From Octopus bimaculoides (lineage: Eukaryota), in assembly GCF_001194135.2 (NCBI RefSeq), contig NC_068982.1, forward strand, positions 113,083,234 to 113,147,233: a stretch of 64,000 bases of DNA, in the 5' to 3' direction. A program made the translations under genes and the position numbers. Positions 49,330-62,995 of this stretch are shown one piece after another. Numbering within the stretch: position 1 is the stretch's first letter; each line of letters starts with the position of its first letter. The notes beneath the pieces are model-generated. The model saw nothing but the letters and a program-made list of their open reading frames with translations, did not search any database and was not told the origin of the DNA.

Positions 49330-49860
49330 ATGGTTTTAGGCGACCGGAGTAGTTAATTTATGGCTAATTAGTTCTCGATAATGGTGCCAAGCACAATCGG
49401 AAACGATATTTCACGACGTCACAAAAATAAGTCTAAGTCATTGAACCTCAAATGTGTTAACTGCAAACATACGCAGTGAATAGAAGAGAATGTCAATCTA
49501 CAACTAGACAGCCTGTTATTTCGGAAAATTCGTATTGCACTTCAAGCAGCGAAACATAATGTTCCAAAAGCTACAGGCTATTGGATTGAAGTAAGCGATT
49601 GTCATCGCACAGTTCTGCGGTCAAGAGAAACAGATGTCACACAGGAGAATGTCAGGAACTTGGCAAGAAACACAACCTGTAACTCTGGATACTAAGTGTT
49701 GACAGATGGAGAAATAATGTATGAAATTCTTGCTGGTGACAATAGAGCAAATGTAGATGACGAAAACGATAGGCCCAAGAAATCCCAATTCTCTGTTATA
49801 TGAGAATCCCTGGATAAAATCACTTCATATGTAAGTTTACAACAGAAACTGTTGTTCAGT
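49330..49860 (+). mobile_element. Possible pogo/Tigger-like transposase remnant
   Basis: VLTDGEIMYEILAGDNRANVDDENDRPKK..ESLDKITSYV resembles the acidic C-terminus of pogo/Tigger transposases; many stops. Confidence 0.4.
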
Positions 49861-49934
49861 AATATCATAAATATCTTCGAGCCTAAAGGGAACTATTATT
49901 TGAAAGTTACTATCAAAATTCGATTAATTGTTTC

Positions 49935-50015
49935 AGATAATTCGTCCCAACTTTGCTGCAGCTGTCAAATTTGCAGATGATATTGATGGCTTGCCTGCCG
50001 CAGATTTAGTCTCTT
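49935..50015 (+). mobile_element. Short RTE-type RT remnant
   Basis: KFADDIDGL matches the RTE catalytic FADD motif context. Confidence 0.45.
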
Positions 50016-50205
50016 CTTAGCTATCAAAGGTGGAAGGCAACGGCCAGTGGAGTGCGCATAGCTACATGTTTCGTAATGACAAGTGATCTTTGTCTTTATC
50101 TCCTCCATACATCGAGTTCATTTGTCATCTACCTCAGGTAACGTTTTACAGTATTAAGATTTTTAAGTTGTACATAATGTAAAGTTAAGTAAATCTGTAA
50201 TGTGT

Positions 50206-50260
<55 letters not shown>

Positions 50261-50499
50261 TGTTAATGTTGTAGTGTTACGCGATAAAAAGGCTGCAGAC
50301 GCAATATCAGCAAGTCAGTAAGAAAGTCATTGGAAAGATTAACTGGTAATGTTATGAACTGTTATGCCACATCAGTGTTATACAGATGTATATCGTGTTC
50401 ATCTAATCATTCTTTCGTCTGTAACTCTAACCGTTTTTTACGTAAACTAAAACAATGAAATCGGATTTTTTTGTTTCTGTAAGGATAAGAATGGACTTA

Positions 50500-50715
50500 A
50501 TATTGATTTCAAATTTTGGCTAAAGGTCAGCAGGTTCGAGGGAGGAGAGAAGTTCATTCCATTGACCCAGTGCTCAGCTGGTACTTATTTTACCAACCTT
50601 GAAAGGATGAAGGCAAAGTCATTTAAGGTGCAATTTGAACTCAGAACGTAAGGAATGGATGAAGTGCCGCTAAGCGTTTTGTCCGGCGTGCTAACGATTC
50701 TGCCAGCTCGACGTC
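50500..50715 (-). mobile_element. tRNA-derived SINE (abundant family)
   Basis: Family core and head recognisable on the minus strand. Confidence 0.8.
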
Positions 50716-52343
50716 CTAAAGGGGATTTATGATATTCATGGTACATACGTCTCTGTTACAAGTGTAATGGAAGGAAAAGACGGATTTAAAATTCCAATCA
50801 TCAGCAGCTTACCTTTTACACGACTGAGCTATCCACAGAACAAAAATATTAATAATGCTGCAATGTATTGTTTGACGATTGAATGATACAACTAGCTTCT
50901 TTTTCTCTCATTTTGAAAAGGAAATGTAAAGCTTTTCACTGCAAGATTTCTATATTATCTCTGGAAAATATCTTCGAGGATATAAAGACATACCATGCCA
51001 ATTTTATCACATTTTAATATCAGTGGCATCATTCTGTCATAAAACGTATTGCTTATTTGTAAACCGTGGTAGAAGTAAGAAAAAAAAATCGTTTGGTGTC
51101 ATAAAAATGGTGTATACTGCATAATAATTATCCGAGATACGTGTTGCAATTTAAATCATTTTGAAAGATTTATGAAGTGTCTAATCTTTGGAATTATTTT
51201 TAAAGTTTATTTTTGTATTTGAATAAATAACTGCGTGTTGGATTTTGATTTTAAACAAATCTTCATTTTCATAAAATTTTAAATAGAATTGCATACTTCA
51301 ATACGATTGAACACTGAAGAGGTTGTCGGTTGGAGGAAGTGCCATTACATAGCCATCACAACATATTTAGTAGCTAGGGCACAGACAACTTACATACTTA
51401 AGATAAACACAAGAACTAATGCTGAAAAATGAAACTAAATAATGCTATACCGTGTGACGCTAAAAGCAAGAAAACTATAACAAAGAAAATAATTTTAATG
51501 GATTTTGTAATTAGAATGAAAATATTTTAAATTGAACGCAATGTTAGAGCTTAGCTTCCAGAGTTTCAAATGCGTTTCTTTGTTACAGCCTCTGTAAAGC
51601 TTCAGCTCTAGAGGAAATAAAAAAGATTCAACGAAAACCACGTTATTCCCTACTCTTTTAAAATTTTCTTACGATGCGTTATAAAACGAAAGAAAACGAG
51701 TTTCTGTCGATAAATGAAATAACTATATATCATTTGTCGTGTTTCAAGAAATTTCAGCTGATCACGTGAGAATTTTCCAACGCCACAGGAAATTTTTGTC
51801 TTACCGAAAAATTGATTTTACATCTGTTTTGTAACAGTACAACTTGGAAATATAACAAAAACATTGCAAATAGAAAAAAAGATCATCGTATGACATCTTT
51901 TATTTTTCAACCATAGATCGCAAGAAAGCTCCTGTGGCAGAATAATAGTAAGAAATGTAATATCATTACATGATTTTATTGATTTTATCAAGAATTCTTT
52001 GAAAGTGTGTTTCTCTATACTGGCATTTTAATACGAATAGCTGTTTGGTCATATATGCACCGAAACACCCACACGTCTACTAACAATATCTGTTGTATAG
52101 CTGTCCGTGTTTAAATGCGCCTGTATGTATGTAAGTATACATACGCATATATGTGTGCATTTGGATTTCTTAATATTACTTATATTGCCAAAAAATTCTG
52201 GTTTGGCAGAACCGTTAGAACATCAGAAAAATTCCTTGCGGTATTTAGTTACGGTGTTTCGCTTTTCATCCTTCCGTGCTCCATAAAATAAAGTAGCAGC
52301 GGTGTACTTTATGTGACAAATCAATACTATTACATTACTCCCA

Positions 52344-52380
<37 letters not shown>

Positions 52381-52595
52381 AATTTTGTATTTAGGCATTG
52401 TTCGCTATGGAAGTGGAAATCAGAGTTCACAGCGTGCGGTTATTAAAAACATCAAATAAGTCAACAGAATGCATTTCACCAATCACAGGTGAAAGGGAAA
52501 AACCTGAAAACCAGTTAACATTAATGAAGCCTTATATAATGAAAAATAATTGAGGAACTGAAATATTCTTTCTTGAAATTATACTTTTCTCTATA

Positions 52596-53789
52596 CAGGG
52601 TTGGGACAAAATAATGGAAACACCTAGCATAATAACATCATAATGTTGATATATCTATAAAGCCGCCAAAAGCTTGTTTATTTTTATGATTTATGATTTA
52701 TTATTAGTGTTGCTCAATATGCTTTGATAAAATTGCTGTTTCTTTTCCGATATCATCAGAGAAAGGTAATTAAAATTCATTAAACTGACAGATCTATCGA
52801 ACTTTCAAAGCGGTCAAATTGTTGGTGCTCATATGGCAGGAGCTAGCGTAATGAAAACATCCAAAATGTTTGGTGTATCAAGAAGTACTGTCTCGAAAGT
52901 AATGACAGCCTCTGAGAAAGAGGGGAAGACCTCTTCGTCGAAACAAAATTCCGGAAGAAAACCAAAACTTTCAGAAAGAGACTGTCGGACTCTTACGTGA
53001 ATTGTTAGAAAGGATCACAAAAGTACAGCTCCCAACATTACTACAGAGCTTAATGACCATCCCGAGAACCCAGTTTCCACAAAAACAGTTCGCCGGTAGT
53101 TGCACAAAACCGGGATTCAAAAACCACTATTTTCAAAAACAAACGTTCCAAAGCGTTTAGAATGGAGTAAAAACCTACAGAATTGGTCCCTAGAGCAGTG
53201 GAAGAATGTTATTTTCACGGACGAGTCATCCTTTACTTTATTTCCCACCACCAGCCGAATATACTTGTGAAGACAGCCAAAAGAAGCATTTGACCCAGAC
53301 TGCCTTCTTTCACCTGTTAAGCATGAAGTAGGATCTGTGATGATCTGGGGGGCTATATCTTGGAAATCCGCCACCTGAATTCATCCTATGGTTGCGGAAT
53401 TGCTTCCGGAGAGAAACGCAATCTTTCAGGATGCCAATGTACCAATTCACACAGCTAAAGTTGTTACTGAATGGCACGAGAAACATTCTAGTGAAGTTGA
53501 ACATCTTATCTGGCCACCACAGTCCCCAGATTTCAATATTATTGAACATTTACGGTGTATTTTAGAAAAACATGTATGGAGTCGATATCCTCCACCGTCA
53601 TCACTGCAAAAACTGGGGACTGCTTTAGCTGAAGAATGGACAAAAATTCTTTGGTAACAATTCAAATTTTGTACAATTCTATTACCTCGTAGAATTCAAG
53701 CAGTAATTACTGCCAAAGGCGGGCCTACTCCATATTAAAATAATTTGTTTGAAATTTCAAGGTGTTTCCATTATTTTGTCCAGCCCCTG
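52596..53789 (+). mobile_element. Near-complete Tc1 (DD34E-type) transposon, inactivated
   Basis: TIRs CAGGGTTGGGACAAAATAATGGAAACACCT and AGGTGTTTCCATTATTTTGTCCAGCCCCTG, with TA on both sides (52594-95, 53790-91). Transposase motifs GRKPKL, VIFTDESSF, SVMIWGAI, FQDANVPIH and WPPQSPDFNIIE; stops, frameshifts and an internal deletion. Confidence 0.95.
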
Positions 53790-56019
53790 TATATATAAAT
53801 CGGGCCTAGTTTTCAGTTTAGAGCAGATTTGGTTTTATTGTTATAATGTTGTGCATAGTTCTATGCATTCAATTCTAATATATTTTTACGGGTTAATATG
53901 TTACTATCTGATAGGTTTCACAGTGTAAGCTACATGACGTATTCACTATTTCTTTTATTTTTCGGGGTGGTGTTGGGAGAAAGCTACTTGTCATATATAA
54001 TATATTCAATGTAATTCAAATAATTCCAAGAGATCATTGATGACGAGAACAATATCCTATAACTCCATTTTAGAAACAAATATTGTTTTGTTTTCTGTTG
54101 GGGCAACAACTCTTCGTATCTTATTAGTCATGAGCAAAACAGCAATTATTAACATGCAAGTTCATATGGCTGGAATTTAAGGAAAAATATTATATCGCAT
54201 ATGCAACTACTAACGTAGTTTCTGAAGATAAACACTGCAAATTCTCGGATTGAGCGATTAATTTTATTGCAAGCCAGCCTGATATATGAGCGGCTTGACA
54301 AAAGATTTTTATGTTTTCAATTCTATACCTTGAAATTCATTGTTAACGATTTTACACTTTATTTTTATTACTACGAGCCAAACATTTTAAGTATTCAGTT
54401 TTCTTCAAAGGATTCGACTTTCTGTACCGTTAAATGTATTCTCTATTCTCTGTAATCCCATATATTCTAGTGTCTTCTTCAAGAACAGTTAATATTAACA
54501 ATACTTCCCACCACAAATGCAAAATATGAAACAGAAGTTTTAATAAACATAGGATCATATTAATAGCATATTAGCAAATGACATCCTAGCAACGGATGAT
54601 GAAATGATGAAATATCCTAGAAAGTATTTGATCTATAATGGGCAGCTATTACTGTGTACGCCAATTGTTATATGAGTAAATGATCAGTTGATTTAACTGG
54701 TTTATTTAAACATCAAAGAAAAAGTGTATTTCTGATTGCCTCATGAGTAACCGTTTTTTTTTTTTTGTTCTTATAATGCTTGAAAAATGAATGTTTCAAA
54801 AAATTCTTCGATGTTTTCCGACACATTTCAGTCCATATTCCATAGCATAGTTCTCAAAATTCACGTTTGCTAAGTCTCATATTTAATCATTCGTTTCAAA
54901 ATGAATAATAATATTAATAAATAGACCTAGAAGTGTTTAATCTGAAATAATTTTACGCACTTTTTCTTCATTACAGTCTCATATATACAAGCGGACTCCA
55001 TAAAATCGACGTGGTTAATAAAACTTGGAAAATCTTGTGTGCTAAATTGTTATACTCGACGGAAATTTTTTCCTTTTACTGTTATTTATGATTCTAGTGC
55101 TATAGAATAATAAATAATAATAAATCAAGAAAAAAGATGATACGGTTTAAAGACTGTTGTTGCTATTGCTGTTAAGTAGTCCACAATTGCTAACCTGACA
55201 ATACGCTTTTACCATGCCTCTATAATTGAAAAATGTAATCTTTTATAGATACAGTAAATCAATGCCACTCAATACTCTGATAGGATTTAAAGTGTCAATA
55301 AGGGAAAATACGACAATAACCACACAAACTGTGTTTTCATATAACACGAAGAAAGGGTAGATTTATGGGTGTTAAAAGTTTCTTTGAAGTGTCAGAAAGC
55401 GCCGATAAACGTTAATTCCATCGTCAAATATACGAGTAAATAGGAAAAGCACTCAAATTTACATATCTCTCTGTAGTGAAACGTTTTTTCTTGTAGTGAA
55501 AGGAATCCTAACGGATAAATATATTCCTGAATAGCTATTTGGTTCTTCTATTCTTTACTTATTTGATCATGTTAAGAGGGATTTGCTATGTAGCTTTCTA
55601 AAAAAAATCTTTACTTCATATTGACAGATGTTCCACTTTTTTTGGCATTTCAATATGAATGAGGTTATTCATATTTATGCTGAATATTAATACCGTTGAT
55701 TTATTTCATATACTCGTAAACGAAACTCCCAATTACGTTTTAATATATGATTATCTAAGCCCAGTTTACATTCATAGCTTAATTTAATTAGCAGTTGTCA
55801 GTAATAAACATTCGTTCATGTTCGTATATTATGGCGGCATATGTGGGTCTTGAAGAAAGCTATTAAACTTCAAACTGAGAGTATTATTAAATCTGACTAT
55901 TAAAGGTCTGTTGCATAGACTCGTGTATGTTACTGGTATATATTGGATTCTCCTCTGGGGGTAGGCAAATCAAACTTTAATCTGGACAAGATCTAAATTA
56001 AGATACGTAGATAAATAAT

Positions 56020-56225
56020 GGCTTCAAATTTTGACGCAAGCTCAACAATTTCGAGTAAGACGATTACATGGATCCCAGTACTCACCTGGTACATATTTCA
56101 TCGATCCCAAGAGGATGAAAGGCAAAGTTGGCCTCGGCATGATGTGAACTTAGAACGTAAAGAAAGTCAAAATGCAGCTAATAATTTTTCCCGGCGTGCT
56201 AATAATTCTACCAGCTCGCCGCCTT
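56020..56225 (-). mobile_element. tRNA-derived SINE (abundant family)
   Basis: Core gatgaaaggcaaagttggcctcggc and head ccagctcgccgcctt. Confidence 0.8.
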
Positions 56226-56902
56226 AAAGTAGCTAAATAATACAATACATTTAGTGTGGCACTCTACTGTTATACTGTCCCCTCCTTTATTTCATATACA
56301 TAAGAGTAACGGGTACATATATTTAGAGGAGGATGAAGAATCGATTAAATTGATTCCGATCAATGAGTGCTTATTTAATTTCATCGATCCTCAAAAGTCA
56401 GAAAGGAAGTCAAATGTGACAGGATTCCCCTAGAAATAAAAGATAAATAAAAAATTCCCAAGACGTTTTCTGTAGAATTCACATTATTCTTCTGTATGCC
56501 GCATTCTTTCAGATATATTATAGATGTCTAGCCTTGGAAGGAGCACTCAGATTAGAAAAAGATAACAAGATAGATTTAATCTAATTCATGTTTAATTCTT
56601 GAGATGAATATAGCTGTTGTAATCATAGAAGAATAGCACGTTATATATTGAATCCTTCTTTCCTTAGAATTTATATCATATTTCATATTTTCCCTTGCAG
56701 TGTTTACTTAATTTTGTAGTTGTGTAACATGTGCTAACTCTGATGAAGCATATGCTGTTAGGTGAACGGCCATACTACGACAATTGTTTTTCTCTTGCAG
56801 TTATTGGCAATGCGTCTCCTGGCAGAGTATTCGGTTCAATGAGTTTACTGATGCTGCGTTATGACTTTTCTTGTGCGTGTGTGTGTGTGTGGTGTGTGTG
56901 TA

Positions 56903-56933
<31 letters not shown>

Positions 56934-57394
56934 TGTGTGTGTGTGTGTGTGTCTGTCTGTCTGTCTGTCTGTGTGTGTGCGTGTGTCTGTGTCTGTGTGT
57001 GTATCCGTGTATGTATGTGTGTGTGCGTGTTTATAAGTGTGCGTGATTGTTCTAACGTTTCTGAACTGAGTGTGACGAGTAGTTGCTGTTATTGCTTTTG
57101 TCCAAACTCAACCACGAATGATGAAACTTATCTGCGAATATTTCCAACCATTACATTGTCGTATTCCTTGAAGTATTAAGAATTATTATATTTTCTAATT
57201 TTTTTTTTATTCTTTTTAAAAAGCACTACAATGGCATTTCGAATAACTTGGCTGTTAAATCTAGCATATTAAGTAGTTTCATAGAGACTGTCATTAACTT
57301 GAGTCTAATAGTTAAATAAGCCTTAATCAAATAAGATGCTTTAGTAGTAGTATATGGGAATATTTTACTTATGTCTTGGTATTTCGTGGGTCAA

Positions 57395-57665
57395 TGAGCG
57401 TGTGGTTTAGTGATTACGGTATTCGGCTCACGATCGTAAGGTCGTGGGTTCGATTCCCGGTGGTGCGTAGAGTCCTTGAGCAAGACACTTATTTCACGTT
57501 GCTCCAGTCCACCCGACTGGCAACAATAAGTAGTACCTGTATTTCAAAGGCCAGCCTTGTCACATTCTGTGTCCCGTTCAATCACTCTGAGAACTACGTT
57601 AAGGATTCGCCTGTATGTGGCGACTTCAGCCAATTGCATGTTAATTTTAGGAGCAGGCTGTTCTA
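57395..57665 (+). mobile_element. tRNA-derived SINE with CORE-like domain; 3' half shared with the 38163-38545 family
   Basis: gtggtttagtg A box, gggttcgattcc B box, gtccttgagcaagacactt CORE-like; 57533-57665 aligns with 38362-38490. Confidence 0.75.
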
Positions 57666-60600
57666 GTGTTCAATATAATAACATGAACTATACATGACGG
57701 AGTTGGCTGCACCAAGAAAATATGCTCTATACATGCACACGTGAGCATTAAAACCGATAACAAAATTCTCTAACATCGATTATTATTGGCAATCAATTGA
57801 TCTCTGCAGAAATATTACAAATCTAAGTAAACACTAATTACATTATAATTCGACGGGAGTTATCATAACGTATGAATTTTTAAACTATTCATGAGGCCAT
57901 AACAACTACTGAACTTATATCTAAAATTATATGGTCAATTAACATCCGGTTTAAATCTTAATACCTGGTCTTGATTGAGTAAATCTATGATCAAAGGCAT
58001 TCCAGGTATACCCATCCCCTCTTTTGTCAAGCATAATTTATTCTATTAATTCTTAAAAATTGAGTGTGATTTGAGGAATACACAGTTAATGTACAGAGGC
58101 ATCCTTATTTTCTTCTCGTATCTAGTACGTAGTATATAGTAGTTAGGTAAACTAAAGCTTCATGCAGTGTCCTTTGAATTTATATCAATAATGAGGACCA
58201 TTTTCATTATATCCTGGCAATAAGGGACTTACAGATAAAACTATTATAGACTTAATTTTAAAGATATTTCAACCAGTGTAGAAATAAGTATAAAGGGAAC
58301 TATTATATTATGGTTATATCCATGTGCACAGCTACAAAAATACATCAAAATATACGCGTGCACATGTATGTACAGGCACAAACACACACATACACTCAGA
58401 ACACTATAAAAAGATATATATAGAAAAACATGGAATACTGCGTCTGGAGAAATCTTAACTCAAAATTTATTTGCGTGATCATGTGTACGCATATAAATGT
58501 AAGGCTGCATTTGCATATTCATACAATTGCGTTGGAGCAGATGTTCGAAATGAATTGTGTTCTGTTGATTGACAAACTCCCCACTTAAATAGTATTGATT
58601 TTAGATTGCACTAAACATTTCAACACTTAAAGACCTATAACTGTAAGACATGAATCTCACACCAAACCATATTAAGGTTTCATCAAAGTACAAGTAAACA
58701 CTGCTGTCTTAATAATGCTGGTTAACAGTACTAACGAACCATTTATTCGTGAAGCTTCTTTAATGAACGAAAGGATAGTTGGAAACATTTCCACCCCAAT
58801 GCATTTCTATGCATCACCTATATGACAAAGAGTTAAAGTAGAAAAGTAGAAACCTGATACTTGACCCGACTCCTTGCAACAATATAAATCCACAAATCTA
58901 TTACAAGTGTTAATGTATTTTTAAAAGTTTAATTTTGCCAGTGTTATACGAATATCAAGGATGATTCCCAGCTTGATGATTTTGTTTTCATGTTGGTCTT
59001 GAGATCAGTGAATCAAGTAAAATTTTAAAGAAGCTATCGCTTCATGTTGGTTGCTGTTTTTGAATTTGCACAAATGTAAATTGTTGATGTAGCATCGAAA
59101 ACTGAAATCTAGAAATTAAAATATCTCCTGATCACACAATTAAATATTTTTTAATGTCTAGAAATTAGTGTTAAAAACACAGGAAGCGTGTTTGCCGCAT
59201 GTATAGCCAATTATACCGAAAATAAGTATACGTAAGATTTCTAATCTTAGTATTCTAACCATTTCAGAACACACTTTCAGTGGATAAATGTGAAATATAG
59301 TTGGGTAATGATGTGAGTCTGTAGCAGATAATGTAGTGCAACCAGAATTACTGAGCTGAGCACCATAAGCCAATGGAACGCTCCTAAATCCCAGAGTATT
59401 GCTAATCCTTAGATAAAATATACATCATCATTTAACTCCTCATTCGTTGCCAGACTCGACGAAACTTGGTCAAAAACACATTACTGTACCGTGATGAGAA
59501 TATTAAATACCAAACCTTAGGCATCCTATACAGTAACTTATTGAATTAGCTGAAATGCACGAATCGAATGATATATGGGCACCGTTCTATGACTGAAGTC
59601 GTTAAAAGAGTAAAAGACTATATATCAAAATATGAACATGTAATATTCCCTAATAATAGCATCCAATCACTATTTCACATTTTTTTTCTTTTTGGAAAAC
59701 CTCTGGAAATATTTAAAAGTGTATAGTTTTGCATTGATTGGTAGAATGAATTCGTAGCTTATAATTGAGCAGAAATCATTCTATTAGTGATAGAAAAGAG
59801 GCAGAAATCATGTTTGTAGACAGAATTTGCGTGAGTGATTGAATATTAATTAGTCGAGTGGCCTTTCTCTGCGTAAAGTCTATGCACGTAACAACCGCAC
59901 TGTCGGAGATATTAGTAGTACTTTATTGTGGGACACAATTATGCTTTGTTGGATGTAGTGATATAAATGTCATTGGTGGGTGGAGAAAATCGGATCCTGT
60001 TAAGCACCAGAGTTGACTGAGGGTGAGGAGCAATGATCTCCATAACACATGCTGTAATAATGCGATCAAATGATGAAGCTTCCGATCCAAGAGATGAGAG
60101 ATGCGTGGAACTCTAAGATACTGACAGACTAAAGTGAAAACGGAGTGAAAAAGCAAGAGAGACAGCAAAAAGTGACATATAGGGAAGAATGAAATTGATG
60201 GAGATGGAGAAAAAGATAGTACTTATGAGAAACAAAAGAAGGACGGCAGCGCTCTGAAATAGAGGGAAAATTAGAGATAAACTAATAGAGGTTGAACAGT
60301 GAGTGAGTGAGTGAGTGAGTGAGTGAGTGAGCGAGTGAGTGAGTGCTATAAGGAAAAGCAGAGATTATGGGAGAAGAGAAAAACAGAGAAAATGAAAATT
60401 ACATATGATAAAGATGGGGAGTAGGGAGAATCTTTGGGAAATGAATAGAAGACTGGAGGCAGAATTTAATTAAGATAAAAGTAGTGGAAGAGAAGAAGTA
60501 GTAAATATATGAGCGGAGAAAATGAAAGTGAATGAGCGGTCGCAAAAAAGAATTAAGAATTAATGAAGGATAATGAAACACGAAAATGAGAAAAGGCTTG

Positions 60601-60679
60601 AAGAAAAGAAATATTACAAATTAGTGAATGGAGACAAAATATATCGTTACTTTCGAAGTATAGCACTGTAGGGATAATA

Positions 60680-61075
60680 GCAATTTTGATGGAAGAGAGT
60701 TTAATCGATATTATCGGTCCCCAGTGCACGATTGGTACTTTATTTTACCGACTTCTAAAAGATAAAAGCCGAAGTTGACCTTGGCGGGATTTGAAATCAG
60801 AGCATTAGGAGCCAGAACAAAAACTGCAAGCCATTTTAATCGAGGCTCTAAACATTTTTGTAATCCAGCAACTTAATTTTAATGATAATAATAAGAATAA
60901 TAAGGATGATGATTTCAAATTTTGACACAAGTTCGGGGGTGGAGTACTAATTTTATCGATCCCGAAAAGATGAAAGGCAAAATCGACTTCGGTGGAATTT
61001 GAAATCAGAACGTAAATATACAGACGAAATGTCCCTCAGCGTTTTGCAAAGTTTGCTAACGATTCTGCCAGCTAG
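60680..61075 (-). mobile_element. Two tandem diverged copies of the abundant tRNA-derived SINE
   Basis: Cores at about 60690-60850 and 60910-61075. Confidence 0.75.
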
Positions 61076-61081
61076 ACGCGT

Positions 61082-61245
<164 letters not shown>

Positions 61246-61680
61246 CAATGATTTAAGAGTCTTTGTTACAACAGAACTGTAGAAAGTGAGCTGAATGAAG
61301 GTAGAATTTAATCCTATCATAATATTATTTTTGTTTTGTTAATAAAATGACGAGGAAGAAATTAATTATGTTTTGTGGTTACCTCCCACGTTGCAATGTC
61401 GAGAGAATGTGTACTCAGTAATATAGGAAGATTAAATTGTGTCAGCGACTGTTATCTGTTAGACCAGAAGATAACATCTTTACCACATATGTTAAAATCA
61501 CAATTTTTAGTATATATATATTTCGTCGGGCAAAAGTGGTCGCTGAAGTATGTAAGCTAATTCAGAATTTGGAATAATGAGACGATGTGTAATTCTTGAA
61601 GCAACTGTTATATACAATATATATATATATTTCTCTCCTTTTTTCTCTCCTTTTTTTCATCTCCTCTATTTTATTTTATG

Positions 61681-62580
61681 TGTTCCTTTCTGTGGAAGAG
61701 CGTAGGTAGGCTCGAACGATTAAAGACCTTTTCAATTCCCGGGCGTTATAATAATACATCTATTTGTTTTCTACACCACCTGTCTTCGTCTGTTGTTTTT
61801 TTTTTGTGAATTCTCCCAATATATGTGTATGTATANNNNNNNNNNAGACGAAGACAGGTGGTGTAGACAATAAACAGATATATTAGTTTAACGCTCGGGT
61901 AGTGAAAAAGTCTTTAACGTTTCTAGCCTTCGCTCTTCCACAGAAAGGAACACAGAAAGAAACAAGGAGAGAAAATAAACACTGCGTAGTGGCTAGCGAT
62001 CTATCATGGTGAATGCCGAACAGAGGGGTCAAGCAGGAAAGGTAGGAAGAAGGGGAGATAATAAAGTCGTGGTGATCCCAAAACGAAGGTGCGCGTGTGT
62101 GTGTATAAGAAAGCATGTATGAGCGTGTGGAAGAGGGCTGGTGACCTTGACGTATGCGTGTGTATATGTGTAGGTGTGTGGATGATGCTGTGGGTCTGGG
62201 AAGTGGTCAGTGCTAGTGTGTGCGTGGTGGTGTGATGTGATATGGTGTTGTGTGGTATGGTGGTGTATGCCGTGGTGCTGTGTGGTGTGGTGTGGTGGTG
62301 TTGGGATGTACAGGAGGCGGAGTGGGGAAAGCAAGGGTGGTGTGTGGGTTAGGCTAAGGGTGGGGTAGCAGTTGGGTATGCGGGTGAAGCTGAGTGTAGG
62401 GGTAAAGGTGGGGTATGTGGGAGTGGGTGTAATGGATAGGGCGGGGGTGGGATGGGATTGATAATGAAGGTGGGTTTGATTGTGCAGGGGTGAGGCTACG
62501 AGAGAGGGGTAACGTCGAAGCAGAATGGGAAGAGAGAAGGTGGGTAGGAGTTCCATATTTAAGAGAAGAGGAACTATGTA
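61681..62580 (-). mobile_element. Probable Penelope-like 3' end with an approximately 110-bp foldback carrying hammerhead-like motifs
   Basis: 61681-61791 is an inverted homolog of 61846-61952. The low-complexity GT-rich tract and the SLTPAQSNPPS-like stretch near 62.5 kb resemble a PLE endonuclease terminus (weak). Confidence 0.55.
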
Positions 62581-62747
62581 TATTATTTACATTATTTATA
62601 TTATTTACATTTGATGGCTATTTGTCCCCATCTTGTTTCTTATTAACACAACATTTCGACTGATTTACCCTACAGCCTTCATCAGATGTCTTGGGGAAAT
62701 TTCAAACCTGGGTTCTCATTCCTAAAGTATTTGTCGATGTTATTACT

Positions 62748-62750
62748 ATT

Positions 62751-62795
<45 letters not shown>

Positions 62796-62799
62796 GCTG

Positions 62800-62851
<52 letters not shown>
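62748..62851. repeat. Compound microsatellite (GTT)n(ATT)n
   Basis: Direct reading. Confidence 0.95.
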
Positions 62852-62852
<1 letters not shown>

Positions 62853-62853
<1 letters not shown>

Positions 62854-62934
62854 GCCCGTGCGCATATGATGTAATGGTTAAGAGCGTGGGCTGCTATCCC
62901 CAAGATTCCGAGTTCGATTCCAGGCAGTGACCTG
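62853..62934 (+). mobile_element. Very short tRNA-head-only SINE with (AAT)n tail
   Basis: A box-like tgatgtaatggttaag, B box gagttcgattcc (62910-62921), immediately followed by (AAT)n 62935-62995. Confidence 0.65.
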
Positions 62935-62941
62935 AATAATG

Positions 62942-62995
<54 letters not shown>

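Noticed and set aside
50021-50137. 117-nt symmetric coding exon candidate
   Set aside because: It directly follows an FADD-containing LINE remnant and has no recognisable product; the splice signals are probably fortuitous.
56740-56770. Hammerhead relic ctgatgaagcatatgctgttaggtgaacgg
   Set aside because: The core heptamer is intact but stem II is poor, GAAA is incomplete and no stem I was found; at best a dead relic.
62853-62934. Functional tRNA-Ser(GCT)
   Set aside because: An anticodon-like CUGCUAU loop is present, but the acceptor and T stems do not pair, there is no long variable arm, and it has an (AAT)n tail; treated as a SINE head.
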